A stretch of 64,000 bases of DNA. It comes from Squalus acanthias (lineage: Eukaryota). Position 1 is the stretch's first letter, and every line of letters starts with the position of its first letter. Position numbers and translations under genes: made by a program. The stretch spans positions 6,076,001-6,140,000 of the forward strand of contig CM059432.1 of the NCBI GenBank assembly GCA_030390025.1, written 5' to 3'. Below the pieces are notes generated by a model. That model was not told where the DNA came from and ran no database searches. It saw only the letters and a list, made by a program, of their open reading frames with translations. Positions 1 through 13,329 of the stretch are shown piece after piece.

Positions 1-2820
1 TATAATTGGGATTACGGAGACATGGCTCCAGGGTGACCAAGGCTGGGAATTCAACATCCAGGGGTATTCAATATTCAGGAAGGACAGACAAAAAGGAAAA
101 GGAGGTGGGGTAGCATTGCTGGTTAAAGAGGAGATTAACACAATAGTAAGGAAGGATATTAGCTCTGATGATGTGGAATCTGTATGGGTAGAGCTGAGAA
201 ATACCAAGGGGCAGAAAACGTTAGTGGGAGTTGTATACAGACCCCCAAACAGTAATGCTGAGGTTGGGGATGGCATTAAACGGGAAATTAGAGACACGTG
301 CAGTAAGGGCACAGCAGTTATCATGGGTGACTTTAATCTACATATAGATTGAGCTAACCAAATTAGTAACAATACTGTGGAGGAGGAATTCCTAGAGTGT
401 ATACGAGATGGTTTCCTGGACCAATATGTCGAGGAACCAACTAGAGATCAGGCCATCTTAGACTGGGTATTATGTAATGAGAAAGGATTAATTAGCAATC
501 TTGATGTGTGAGGTCCCTTGGGGAGGAGCGATCATAATATGATAGAATTCTTTATTAAGATGGAGAGTGAAGTAGTTGACTCAGAGACTAGGGTCCTGAA
601 TTTAAATAAAGGAAACTACGATGGTATGAGGCGCGAGCTGGCTAGGATGGATTGGGGAGCATTACTTAAAGGGTTGACGGTGGATAGGCAATGGCAAACA
701 TTTAAAGATCGCATGGATGAGCTACAGAATTTGTTCATCCCTGTTTGGCATAAAAATAAAACAAAAAAGGTGACTCAACCGTGGCTAACAAGAGAAATTA
801 GGGATAGCATAAGATCCAAGGAGAGGACATATAAATTGGCCAGAAAAAGCAGCAAGCCTGAGGATTGGGAGCAGTTTAGGATTCAGCAAAGGAGGACAAA
901 GGGATTAATTAAGAGGGGGAAAATAGAATATGAGAGTAAGCTTGCAGGGAACATAAGAACTGACTGTAAAAGCTTCTATAGATATGTGAAGAGAAAAAGA
1001 TTGGTGAAGTCAAGCGTAGGTCCCTTGCAGTCAGAATCAGGGGAATTTATAATGGGGAACAAAGAAATGGCAGACCAATTAAATACATACTTTGGTTCTG
1101 TCTTCACAAAGGAGGACACAAATAAACTCCCAGAGATGTCGGGGAACATAGGGTCTAATGAGAGGGAGGAATTGAATGAAATCACTATTTGTAGGGAAAC
1201 GGTGTTAGGGAAACTGACGGGATTGAAGACCGATAAATCCCCAGGGCCTGATAATCTACATCCTAGGGTACTTAAGCAAGTGGCCCTAGAAATAGTAGAT
1301 GCATTGCTGGTCATCTTCCAAAATTCTATAGACTCTGGAACAGTTCCCATGGATTGGAGGGTAGCTAATGTAACCCCACTATTTAAAAAAGGTGGGAGAG
1401 AGAAAACGGGGAATTATAGACCGGTAAGCCTGACATCGGTAGTGGGCAAAATGCTAGAGTCCATTATAAAAGATGTAATAGCAGAGCACTTGGAAAACAG
1501 TGACAGGATCGGACAAAGTCAACATGGATTTACAAAAGGTAAATCATGCCTGACGAATCTACTGGAACTTTTTGAGGATGTAACTGGTAGAATAGATAAG
1601 GGAGAAACAGTGGATGTGGTGTATTTGGACTTTCAGAAGGCTTTCGATAAGGTCCCGCATAAGAGATTAGCGTGCAAAGTTAAAGCACACGGGATTGGGG
1701 GTGAGGTACTGATTTGGATAGAGAACTGGTTGGCAGACAGGAAGCAAAGAGTTGGAATAAACGGGTCTTTTTCCGAGTGGCAGGCAGTGACTAGTGGGGT
1801 ACCACAGGGCTCGGTGCTAGGACCCCAGCTATTCACAATATATATATATATAAATGATCTAGACGCGGAACCAGATGTAATATCTCCAAGTTTGCAGACG
1901 ACACAAAGCTGGGTGGGCGTGTGAGTTGGGAGGAGGATGCAGAGAAACTCCAGTATGATTTGGACAGTTTGGGTGATTGGGCAGATGCATGGCAGATGCA
2001 GTATAATGTGGATAAATGCGAGGTTATCCACTTTGGTTGCAAAAACAGGAAGACAGATTATTATCTGAACGGCAATAGATTGGGAAAAGGGGAAGTGCAA
2101 CGAGACCTGGGTGTCCTTGTGCACCAGTCGCTGAAGGTAAGCATGCAGGTGCAGCAGGCGGTTAAGAAGGCAAATGGTATGTTGGCCTTCATAGCGAGAG
2201 GATTCGAGTACAGGAGCAAGGATGTCTTGCTGCAGTTGTACAGGGCCTTGGTGAGACCACACCTTGAGTATTGTGTGCAGTTTTGGTCGCCTTATCTGAG
2301 GAAGGATGTTCTTGCCATGGAGGGAGTGCAGCGAAGATTTACCAGACTGATACCTGGGATGGCAGGAATGACGTATGAAGAGAGATTGGGTCGATTAGGC
2401 TTATATTCGCTGGAGGTTCGAAGAATGAGAGGGGATCTCATTGAAACTTATAAAATTCTAACAGGACTAGACAGACTAGATGCAGGAAGGATGTTCCCGA
2501 TGGCGGGGGAGTCCAGAACCAGAGGTCACAGTCTAAGGATAAGGGGTAAGCCATTTCGGACTGAGATGAGGAGGAATTTCTTCACCCAGAGAGTGGTGAA
2601 CCTGTGGAATTCTCTACCACAGAAGGCAGTTGAGGCCAATTCATTAAATATATTCAAGAAGGAGATAGATATATTTCTTAAGGCTAAAGGGATCAAGGGA
2701 TATGGGGAGAAAGCAGGGATAGGGTACTGAATTTGGATGATCAGCCATGATCTCATTAAATGGCGGAGCAGGCTCGAGGGGCCGAATGGCCTACTCCTGC
2801 TCCTATCTTCTATGCTTCTA
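1..2820 (+). mobile_element. CR1 (HER1-type) LINE: ORF2 (APE endonuclease + RT) and 3' UTR, young but disabled
   Basis: Motifs [33 protein letters not shown]. Stops at 350-352 and 509-511, frameshift near 1865. 3' UTR hairpin ggagcagg...cctgctcc and a ttctatg tail. Confidence 0.95.
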
Positions 2821-3129
2821 AAGGATTAGGAGCAGGGTTGCATTCACTACTGTCATAAACAGTAGGCTAACAATTAATAAATCTTGCACACACTACTATC
2901 ATTAAACAGTAGTCCTAATAATTAACATAATAGGTTTAAAGGTCAATTGATATCAAATAAAAAGTTCATTTTATTACTGTATTCAGACAGCAATTATTCT
3001 GCTATAGTTGATAACTATCACACATGCAGCCAGGAAATTTTTCATTATGATACATGCACATTTCTTGCTTCCATGGCCAACCACATGCATACATATACAT
3101 ACACATACACATATATGTCTACTCAAATG

Positions 3130-3570
3130 GCAGCCTTAGCTCAGTGGCAGCACTCTTACCTCTGAGTCAGAAGGCTGTGGATTCAAGCCCCATGCCAGCA
3201 CAAAATCTAGGCTGACACTCCAGTGCAGTGCTGAGGGAGGGCTGCCCTGTCGGAGGTGCCGTCTTTTGGATGAAACATAAAACCAAGGCGCCGCTTTCCC
3301 TCTCAGGTGGACGTAAAATATCCCATGGACTATTCGAAGAGGAGCTGGGGAGTTCTCCCAGGTGTCCCGGCTCAAACAACATTACTAAAAAAAAATCTGG
3401 TCATTATCATATTGCTGTTTGTGGGACCTTGCTGTGCGCAATTTGGCTGCCACGTTTCCTACAATACAACTTGTGTTTACACTTCAAAAGTACTTCATTA
3501 GCTGTAAAGTGCTGTGGGACATCCTGAGGTTGTGAAAGGCACTACATAAATGCAAGTCTTTCTTTTTCTT
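3130..3570 (+). mobile_element. tRNA-derived DeuSINE (SacSINE1-like) with L2-type tail
   Basis: A/B-box-like head (tagctcagtgg...gattcaagcc), Deu-like core (ggatgaaacataaaacc...cccatgg...ggtgtcc), tail tgtaaag..tgggacatcctgaggttgtgaaaggc..taaatgcaagt. Confidence 0.75.
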
Positions 3571-4069
3571 TTTTCACATATACATATATCCCTATATACA
3601 CATACATACATGCACACAATATATTTAAAAAAGAGCAAGAGAGAGAAACACACACACACACTCCATTTAAATTCATTTGTTGCACCTTGGCGGCCAAGTG
3701 CACCCAGATGTAAACCCAAGAAAATCCCCCATAACAAGGCCTCAGGAAAGGATACACTGAGCTGCTACATATGGCTAGCATACAAGAGTTGTCAAATGTG
3801 AAACTGCACTGAGATGCAATATTTGCTTTTCCTATTACAGGAAACTTTCGTTTATCCGGCACCCAAATAACCGGAATTCTCGCTTAACCGGCAAAAATCA
3901 TCCTCCGAAAACTCCTCTCAAATAACCGGCAATGTTGCCGATCCCGAGTCCGAGTCCGAGAACGCCGATTTAGTCAGTAGGGGTACTTTTCAAAAGTGCC
4001 ACTACTCGGCCTCCTGGCGCTGTCGCAAGTCCGAAACATTGCAGTAGCATGAGTAGATTCTCCCGCGCT

Positions 4070-4472
4070 GCCTGGAGTCTCTTCGGATCGGCCATTTTGC
4101 TGGGTGTCTCCCACGATGCTGGTAGTCTCTTCTGATCCACCATTTTGCTGGGTGTCTCCCACGCTGCTGGTACTGTAGTCTCTTCTGATCCACCATTTTA
4201 CTGTGTGTCTGCCACGCTGCTGGTACTGTAGTCTCTTCTGATCCACCATTTTGCTGTGTGTCTCCCACGCTGCTGGTACTGTAGTCTCTTCTGATACACC
4301 ATTTTACTGTGTGTCTGCCACGCTGCTGGTACTGTAGTCTCTTCTGATACACCATTTTACTGTGTGTCTGCCACGCTGCTGGTACTGTAGTCTCTTCTGA
4401 TCCACCATTTTGCTGTGTGTCTGCCACGCTGCTGGTAGTCTCTTCCTAGCCACCATTGTTCTGTGTGTCTTT
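4070..4472. repeat. 53-bp minisatellite (about 7 units) in the 5' region of the Tigger element
   Basis: Unit ccacgctgctggtactgtagtctcttctgatccaccattttactgtgtgtctg recurs at 4159, 4212, 4265, 4318, 4371 and 4424, flanked by shorter variants. Confidence 0.92.
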
Positions 4473-4509
4473 CCATCTTCATCGGCAATTATCTCCTCCA
4501 TCTTGCATT

Positions 4510-6262
4510 ATGGAATTCCCAAAAGCTGGTCCAAGCAAAAGGAAGAGAGTGGTCTTAACTTTAAAACAGAAAATCGAGATATGCCAACGACTAGGAAGGG
4601 GAGAGAAGCGTATCAACATTATGAATGAATTCAAAATCGGTTCGTCAACAATCTACGACATCAAATCGCAGAAGGATAAGCTGCTCAAGTTTTATTCAAG
4701 CTCGGAGACATGCAAGAGTGTAGAGAAACGGCATACGCTTCGTAAGCCTAAGCTTGAAGAGCTGGATACCGTGCTTTATGAATGGTTTTCTCTTAAGCGT
4801 TCAGAGGGTGTTCCAATTTCCGGACCCATGCTCATCGAGAAAGCGAAGGAATTCTACGATAGGATGGAGCTCACTGACAAGTGTGCTTTCTCCGATGGAT
4901 GGCTAACGTGCTTCAAGTTACGGCACGGGATACGACGACTCGATATTTCCGGGGAGAAGAAATCAGCTGATCACGAAGCCGCAGAAGAATACTGCAATTA
5001 TTTCAATCGGATTGTGCAGCAACATGATTTGTCGCCAGCACAGATCTACAATGCCGATGAAACTGGCTTGTTTGAGGTTTTTGCCAGAATCAACGCTTGC
5101 TGGGGCTAGTGAGGCTAATGCTTCAGGTTACAAGAAAAATAAAGATCGTGTAACCGTGCTAACATGTGCGAACGCTGCTGGATCACACCGGGTTAAACTT
5201 CTTGTTATCGGGAAGTATAAAAATCCCCGTGCATTTAAAAATGTGAGGCACTTACCTGTTGAGTACAAAGCTCAAAAAAATGCTTGGATGGATAAGGAAA
5301 TCTTCTCCGATTGGTTCCATCATATTTTTGTTCCATCTGTGAAGGAACATTTCCGCAGAATAGGGAAACCTGAAGATAGCAAATGCATTTTATTGCTTGA
5401 TAATTGCAGAGCCCATCCGCATGAATCCCAGTTGGTTTCGGGAAATATTTTCACCATTTATTTGCCACCAAATGTAACTTCTCTCATCCAGCCCATGGAC
5501 CAGGGCGTTATCCAAAATCTGAAGTGTCATTACAAGAAAGACTTCCTACGTAAACTGCTAAGCCAAGATGAGAATATTCAAGATTTGCAGAAGGAATACA
5601 ATATTAAAGATGCCATCTATAATGTTGCATGTTCCTGGAAATTGGTGAAAGGTCACACTCTGAGGCAAGCCTGGCGCAAATTGTGGCCTTCTGTAATGTT
5701 TGCTGAAGGTTCTTCTTCAGAGGAGGAATTTCATGGGTTCAGTGTTCGTCCCAAGAGTACAATAATGGAAATGGCTGGAATGGTGAAAAATGCAGGCCCA
5801 GCAAACCCTTTACGTCACCTCAGTGAAAGTGATATCGAGCAGTGGGTTGATGCAGATAGAGAAGTTGGTGTTGTGCATATGCTAAGTGATGATGAAATAA
5901 TTCAGAATGTTTTGAATCCAAAGAAAGAAAAGGAAAGCGAGATGGAAAGTGAAGAGGATGAGATTTCTGAAGAAGAGAAGATTTCTTGGGCTAAAGCTGC
6001 AGAAGGATTTTCTACAATCCTCAAATTTGCTGAAAGGCAGAATTGCTACACTGCACAAGAAGTTATGCAACTCCATATTCTGCATTCCACCTTTCTACAG
6101 AAAAGGCAAGAGTCCACTAAGCAAACCGACATCCGCAACATGTTTAAGAAAGCTTCCAAAAGAGTCGCAGCAGCGGAAGTGCCTGAAGAATCGGTGGAAC
6201 TGCGTGATCCTGATGACCCAGCTGGCACGGATATTTCTGATGAACCAGATGACTCGGAATAA
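4510..6262 (+). pseudogene. Tigger/Jerky-like transposase (CENP-B-type HTH domains + DD32D catalytic domain) with one frameshift
   Basis: ORFs 4456..5109 and 5012..6262 overlap at [12 protein letters not shown] (~5070). Triad [21 protein letters not shown], with 32 residues between D2 and D3. Confidence 0.9.
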
Positions 6263-6699
6263 GTGTACAGTCAACTACAGTACTGTAGACAGTCGTTTAT
6301 AAGTTTTGTTTTACTGTTAAGTAATTAAAGAGTTATGGATTACCCTCAACTGGCAGTACTGTACTTAATCAAGCATTGTCCACTATCCATTTAACACAAC
6401 ATTCTGTAGGTGAGTACCCAAATACTGTATACTGCACATTTCTTGATTTTTTTAGGTTAAAAATAGCCTCGGTAGATATAACTCTCCGTTATCCGGTACT
6501 TTCGATAAACCGGCACCACGCCGGTCCCGTCGATGCCGGATAAACGAAAGTTTCCTGTACTTTCTTCTGAATTACAGTGACAAAATATTGTCCCACTTTA
6601 ACAAAACAGGACTTGGGTCTGAGTATGAGCCATTCACTAGAAGCAGCTAGCTCGCTCCAGTAAAGCTGTTATCAACAAAGTTATTTAAAACTGGGAAGT

Positions 6700-7150
6700 A
6701 ATTTGAAGACATTTGTTTCTAAGCCTAACAGATTATTTTAACCCTCTATGATTTACTGGTGAGGTCACATTTGAATATACGAGGGATTGTACCTTCAAAA
6801 AGGTGCATTGGAGAGGGTTCAGATAAATGCAACAAGGACAACTCCAGGACTTCAAATTAACAATTTATGAACACAGGTTCATCAAATTAATTCAGAGAAA
6901 AAAAAAACTGAAAAAGGATATTTTCCAGGTTTTTAAAATACTGAGATACAAATATAACATAGATGCAAACAGATTACTTAATTTAAGCAGTGGTCATAGA
7001 AATAAGGGATTAGAAATTAAATGAAATATTTCCCCACATAGTGGATGTATAAAACATGTTCCAGCAAAACTAGCTAAAGCTATGACAATTAATTCCTTTA
7101 AAAAATTGAATGAATGTCTGATTAACACTAGAATTTAAAGTTTTAAGGAT
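6700..7150 (+). mobile_element. Old degenerate CR1 3' fragment
   Basis: Remnants of LVRSHLEY, LERVQ and DIFQVFKIL motifs. Confidence 0.55.
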
Positions 7151-7550
7151 AGAACTAATACTATCAAATTCTTATGTTGCGGAGACTATTACAATATCAT
7201 CTATGGCATGCAACTTGTCGAGAGTAAAAGTGTGGATTGTTAGATTGATAACTTGGAATTTTTGTTACTTTACCTACAGGTGTCAACAAGGAATACTGTA
7301 TCTTTTTGGAAGTTTCACTTATGATTGTTTACTTCTCTAACGTGAGCAAGTGAGATCGGGAGAGCGAGAATATCTTACGTGGTTTGTTGGAAGGAGCAAG
7401 TTTAATGAGTCCAATGGCTCCCTCCTCGTATGATCTTACACACAACATGCAAATAGTGTAATATTTATTAGTACAAACTGCTATGACTAAAATAATGCCA
7501 CTATATCCAATTTTATTCACTTAGAATATTTTTAAACGTGGCAAACTATT

Positions 7551-10500
7551 CATAAAAACATAAGAAATAGGAGCAGGAGTAGGCCATTCGCCCCCTCGAG
7601 CCTGCTCCACCATTCAATAAGATCAAGGCTGATCTTCTACCTCATCTCCACTTTCCTGCACTATCGCCATATCCCTCGATTCCCTTAATATCCAAAAATC
7701 TATCAATCTCTGTCTTGAATATACTAAACAACTGAGCCTCCACAGCCCTCTGGGCTAGAGAATTCCAAAGATTCACCACCCTCTGAGTGAAGAAATTTCT
7801 CCTCATCTCAGTCCTAAATGGCCGACCCCTTATTCTGAGACTGTGACCCCCTGGTTCTAGACTCCCCAGCCAGGGGAAACATCTTCCCTGCATCTACCCT
7901 GTCAAGCCCTGTAAGAATTTTGTATGTTTCAATGAGATCACCTCTCATTCTTCTAAACTCTAGACAAGATAGGCCTAGTCTACTCAATCTCTCCTCAAAG
8001 GACAACCCCCATCCCAGGAATCAGTTTGGTGAACCTTCGTTGCACTCCCTCTATGGCAAGTATATCCTTCCTTTGGTAAGGAGACCAAAACTGTACACAA
8101 TATTCCAGGTGTGGTCTCACCAGGGCCCTATATAATTGCAGTAAGACATCTTTACTCTTATACTCAAATCCTCTTGTAATAAAGGCCATCATACCATTTG
8201 CTTTCTTAATTGCTTGCTGTACCTGCATGTTAACTTTCAGTGATTCGTGTACAAGGACACCCAAGGTCCCTCTGAACACAACATTTCCCAATCTCTCACC
8301 ATTTAAAAAGTACTCTGCTTTTCTATTTTTCCTACCAAAGTGGATAACTTCACATTTCTCCACATTATATTCCATTTGCCATGTTCTTGCCCACTCACTT
8401 AGCCTGTCTATATCCCCTTGAAGCCTCTTTGCATCCTCCTCACAACTTACATTCCCACCTAGCTTTGTATCATCAGCAAACTTGGATATATTACATTTGA
8501 TCCCCTCATCCAAATCATTGATATAGATTGTGAATAGCTGAGGCCCAAGCACTGATCCTTGTGGTACCCCACTAGTTACAGCCTGCCAACCCGAAAATGA
8601 CCCGTTTATTCCTACTCTCTGTTTTCTGTCCGTTAACCAATCCTCAATCCATGCTAGTATATTACCCCAATCCCATGAGCCCTAATTTTGTTTAATAACC
8701 ACTTGTGTGGCACCTTATTGAATGCCTTCTGAAATTCCAAATACACTACATCCATTGGTTCCCCCTTCTCTATTCTGCTAGTTACAACCTCAAAAAACTC
8801 CAACAGATTTGTCAAACATGATTTCCCTTTCATAAATCTGTGTTAACTCTGCCCAATCCTATTATTATTTTCTAAATGTCCTGTTACCATGCCCTTAATA
8901 ATAGATTCTAGCATTTTTCCTACTATTGATGTCAGGTTAACTGGTCTGCAGTTCCCCATTTTCTCTCTCCCTCCTTTCTTAAATAGTGGGGTTACATTTG
9001 CTACCTTCCAATCCACGGGAACCGTTCTAGAATCTATGGAATTTTGGAAAATGGCAACCAATGCATCCACTATCTCTATAGCCACCTCTTTCAAAACCCT
9101 AGGATGTAGGCCATCAGATCCAGGAGATTTATCAGCTTTCAGTCCCATTAATTTCTCCAGTACTATTTTTTTTACTAATACTAATTTCTTTCAGTTCTTC
9201 ATTCTCACTAGACCCTTGGTTCTCCACTATTTCCAGGAGGTTTTTTGCGTCTTCTTCCGTGAAGACAGACACAAAGGGCTGGATTTTCAATGACCCGTGG
9301 AGTCGGGTTTGGAGGCGTGTGGGGGGTTAAAGTTGCAGATTCGGGGGTCCCGACCCCATTCTGCCTCCACGCAATTTTGACAAAGTCGGTCGCGGGGTTC
9401 CCGACTCTGTCCCGCCTCCAAGAGGCGGGAGAGGCCATTAAAGCCCTTAACAAGCCCTAAATTGGCTCTGTAATGCCATTTTGAAACGTTTTAGCTAGTT
9501 TAACCCTTTTCCGACATGAAGTACGCCTGATGTGAAACACGCCAGTGAAACCTGGCGGGAGCACAAGTGGATAGCTGACTATCAGCTGCAGGTCCACTAT
9601 TACAACGGAGATGTGATGAAGGTAATAGTAGTATTGTGATGAAGGTAGTAGTAGTATTAGGTCTGAAAGTCGCCTCTGATGTTGCTGCATTGAATGTCTT
9701 CAGAGACTGCCTGGGAGGACTTGGTTGCAAAAAAAATTCTGTCTCTGTCTCTCTCTGAGATGCTGCTCATTTTGCATCCAGGTCTCTCACAGCAAAGGCC
9801 AGGCAATCTCTGAGACCAGGCAGTCTCTGACCTGCAATGATGACATCATCAGAGGTGACTTCCAGACTGAAACCACTAATTGGTTCATGGGTTCCCACAT
9901 GCTGGAACTCAATTGCCCAATTAAGTGAAAATTGCATCAATCTCCCACATCCAATTGCAGGTGGGTGGATAACACGAAATGCGGATGACACGACCCCAAC
10001 CCGCCCCAGTATCAAAATCCAGCCCAAAGTATTTGTTTAATTTCTCTGTCATTTCCTTATTGCCCATTATAATTGCTCCTGTCTCAACCTGTAAGGGACT
10101 CACGTTTACTTTCGCAAACCTTTTCCTTTTTACATACCTATAGAAGCTTTTACAGTCTGTTTTTATGTCTCTCGCTAGTTTACTCTCATTCTATTTTCCC
10201 TTTCTTTATCAATTTCTTGGTCCTCCTTTGCTGAATTCCAAAATCCTCCCAATCCTCAGGCTTACTACTCTTTTTGGCAACATTATAAGCCTCTTCCTTT
10301 AATCAAATACTATCTTTAATTTCTATTGTTAGCCACGGTTGGACCATTTTTCCCGTGGTGTTTTCATTCCTTAAGGGAATGCATATTCGTTGCGAATTAT
10401 GAATTATTTCTTTAAATGTTTGCCATTGCTTTTCTACTGTCATATATTTTAATCTAGTTTCCCAACCTACCTTAGCCTACTCGCCTCTCATACCTACGTA

Positions 10501-11053
10501 GTTTGCTTTGCTCAGGTTAAGGACCCTAGTTTCGGACTTAACTAAACCACTCTCAAACTCAACATAAAATTCTATCATATTATGATCACTGCTCCCCAGA
10601 GGCTCCTTTACTACAAGGTTATTAATTAATTAATGCTGTCTCATTGCACAGTACTAGGTCTAAAATAGCCAATTCCCTCGTAGGTTCCTTGACATACTGA
10701 TCTAGAAAACTATCCTGAAAGCATTCCATGAACTCTTCCTCTGCACTATTTATGCAAATTTGGTTTGCCCAGTCGATATAAAAGTTAAAATCCCCCATGA
10801 TGACTGTATTACTCCTGTTAAATGTATCTCTAATCTCCTGATTTATACTCTGCTCGACACTACAACCACTGTTAGGGGGCCTATAGACTACTCCCGCTAG
10901 TGTTTTCTGCCCCTTGTTGTTTCTTAGCTCCACCCAAACTAATTCTGCATTTTGTTTTTCGGAGCCAAGATCCTTTCTCTCTACTGTCTTTATTCCCTCC
11001 TTTATTATCATGGCTACCCCTCCTCCTTTTCCATTCTGCCTGTCTCTTCTAAA
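7551..11053 (-). mobile_element. CR1 LINE (EN to 3' UTR), interrupted by a Harbinger-type MITE at 9276-10025
   Basis: ORFs 10622..11155, 8843..9148, 7995..8552 (KFADD) and 7642..8005. 3' tail at 7551-7620. Confidence 0.93.
9276..10025. mobile_element. 750-bp non-autonomous Harbinger/PIF-type element (MITE)
   Basis: TIR gggctggatttt...aaaatccagccc. 3-bp TSD AAA (9273-9275 and 10026-10028). Left end resembles the transposase-bearing element at 29776. Confidence 0.8.
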
Positions 11054-11063
11054 ATATTCATTA

Positions 11064-11200
11064 GCAAGAAAGCAAAATACTGTGGATGCTGGAAATCTGA
11101 TAAGTTCTGATGAAAGGTCATCGACCTGAAATGTTAACTCAGTTTCTCTCTCCACAGATGTTGCCTGACCTGCTGAGTATTTCCAGCATTTTCTGTTTTT
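11064..11200 (+). mobile_element. 137-bp Penelope-derived non-autonomous mini-element
   Basis: 10-bp TSD atattcatta (11054-11063 and 11201-11210). Inverted tail at the left end. Contains a hammerhead core. Confidence 0.75.
11103..11139 (+). ncRNA. Minimal type I hammerhead ribozyme motif
   Basis: Stem I agtt/aact, core CTGATGA, stem II aggtc-atc-gacct, GAAA, loop-less stem III (tgtt; ancestral form probably palindromic AACGTT). Confidence 0.7.
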
Positions 11201-13329
11201 ATATTCATTAATAAAGTTCCTTCCTGCATTATTTATGTGTCATTATAGATCACTGCGGAAGGTTATAAAAGGCCACAGTTATGGGTTTTAGCAGTTAAAA
11301 TATATTCTGGAAGAACAAAATTAGATTCAAGTCCAAAAGATCCACAGGTAGCAGCAAAGAATGAAATGATCAGTTGTCCATTAATTAGGAGATGCAAACT
11401 AAGAGATCTGCTAGATTGGTTAATGTGTAATACAATATACACTACAAAATAACTGGAAAATCCTAAAAGGATTCCACTTGCTACTTTTAACAGTTCTGAA
11501 ATACTGGTGAAAAAATTGTCAAAAGACCTTAGAAACCTGGGCAGAAGGACACACTGCACAATGCTTTCACGTTTTCTTTCCAACATATTATTAAAGAAGT
11601 GTGCAGTTTAAACCACTGCCATTGTAATTTAGTTAGTATTCATTGAAGCAGAAGCATGACAATTCCCAACATGCCAATTTTAAAAGCTTAATCAGAGGAA
11701 ATCACACAGCAAGCATGTTGAAAATTCAAAGAAGTCATTATTTTCTGTTTTGAATACAGAGATCCACAGTTTCCAGTCAGCACATTTCTAAAGAAAACAA
11801 GAAAGTTTGGTCAGAATCCCTCTGGTGTCTGGGAGATCTTTTACAGCATCGCCATAGCCAGAAAAGTTTGGATGAGATGCCAGCAACATCTGATATACAA
11901 ACATCTCACGGCAATACTGAGTAACCTTTTAGCTTACTCATCATACTTCAGTAATTATTTGAACTGGCAAAAAAAATACAAGGGTTGCAAGTGAAAATTT
12001 CAGGGAGAATTACAGCAATAATGTTTCACTTGTACTAATTTCATGTCGAGATTTAAGCCTTCAATTACAGTAATTCGGGGTCTTTGTGACTTGAATTTTT
12101 GTTGTCTTTACTGCTTGAATCGGTTCTTAAAACATGGTATATCTGTAGCAAAGTCTGACAGTGATGGGTAGCTAAGCTTGTTTTTACTGTATTTGCTATT
12201 TCCTGCCTAGTGAAACCCTTGTAGATAATGGTTCCATACAAGGTAAGTGTAGCTAACTGGGAAAACAGCGTACTGACAGTTCAGTTCCTTTGTGAATATG
12301 CCAACAGGCCTCGAGCAAAATAGGACACAAGACTATTCCAGTGTGCATTCTACTGTTACACAGTTTAGCATTAAAGACCACAAACCTTCAACTCGCTCCA
12401 GGAAAAGCACGAAAATTAGCCTGGACTTTCAGGCTTGCCTATGCCAATTGTATATCCTAATTATGACAAAATACAAAAACATTAACATTTTCACACTTTC
12501 TTATGAAGTCAGGTCAAATAACACTGGAAAAACACTGATTGGAAAAAACTGCAACTTGAATTTTTTTAATTTATTTTCTAACCGCGGCATCAGCTTAACA
12601 AATATTGGAAGAAAATGTGTAGCAAATATCACTTTTCAAATAGTGGATTCAAAAACCACTTGTTGGCATCCTGAGACTTTATATCTAAGGATATATACAT
12701 ATTAATTATAACCGATACAAGTTTAATTGTAACCGATTAAAATTGAATTGATTTTCTTCTTTCAATATTAGGCAACATGAAGGCACATGGGTATCCAGCG
12801 CACAACACTCACTTATTACATGATACACAGCATTTTACTATGCCCAACTATCGCATCCCATTGTATTGCTACTCTCGCCACTGATCCAGGATAAAGCACT
12901 ACAAAAATGCAATTTTTAAAGTGTTGCCAGATGTGTGACATCTCCATTTACAGACACGAACACGAACAAAATCACTTCTTAGCTGCTATTTGGTTAACGC
13001 ATTCTGTACATAGCTTTCTAATTTAATCAAGTGTAATTACTTTGAATTAATTGCAATTTCTAATTTCTAATCTCTATTTTTGTAACCAATTCCAAGCCTT
13101 AACAATACAAAAAGTTAAACGCAGGCATTCTACTTGTCAGTTCTACTAATCATTCTGCAATTTCTTCGATTTAGGCCAAAATTCATTTCCAAAAAAATTG
13201 TTTTTACCTTATAAGCATTTATCCATTTATCCTCTTGCCACATATATGGATTCTAACTAATACTGCAGGGTCAACATAGCAAATTATTGCACGTCACATT
13301 CACTAGTGTTAATCTTTTCATATGATCTC

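Larger units (their letters stand above)
3838..6557 (+). mobile_element. Full-length Tigger/pogo (Tc1/mariner superfamily) DNA transposon, 2720 bp
   Basis: Perfect 24-bp TIRs caggaaactttcgtttatccggca. TA target-site duplication at 3836-3837 and 6558-6559. Internal transposase. Confidence 0.95.

Noticed and set aside
4070..4472. CRISPR-like array
   Set aside because: Contiguous tandem units with no unique spacers, no cas genes, and a vertebrate context.
4510..6262. Domesticated host gene (JRK/JRKL/TIGD)
   Set aside because: Flanked by perfect TIRs and a TA TSD and frameshifted, so it is a transposon copy.
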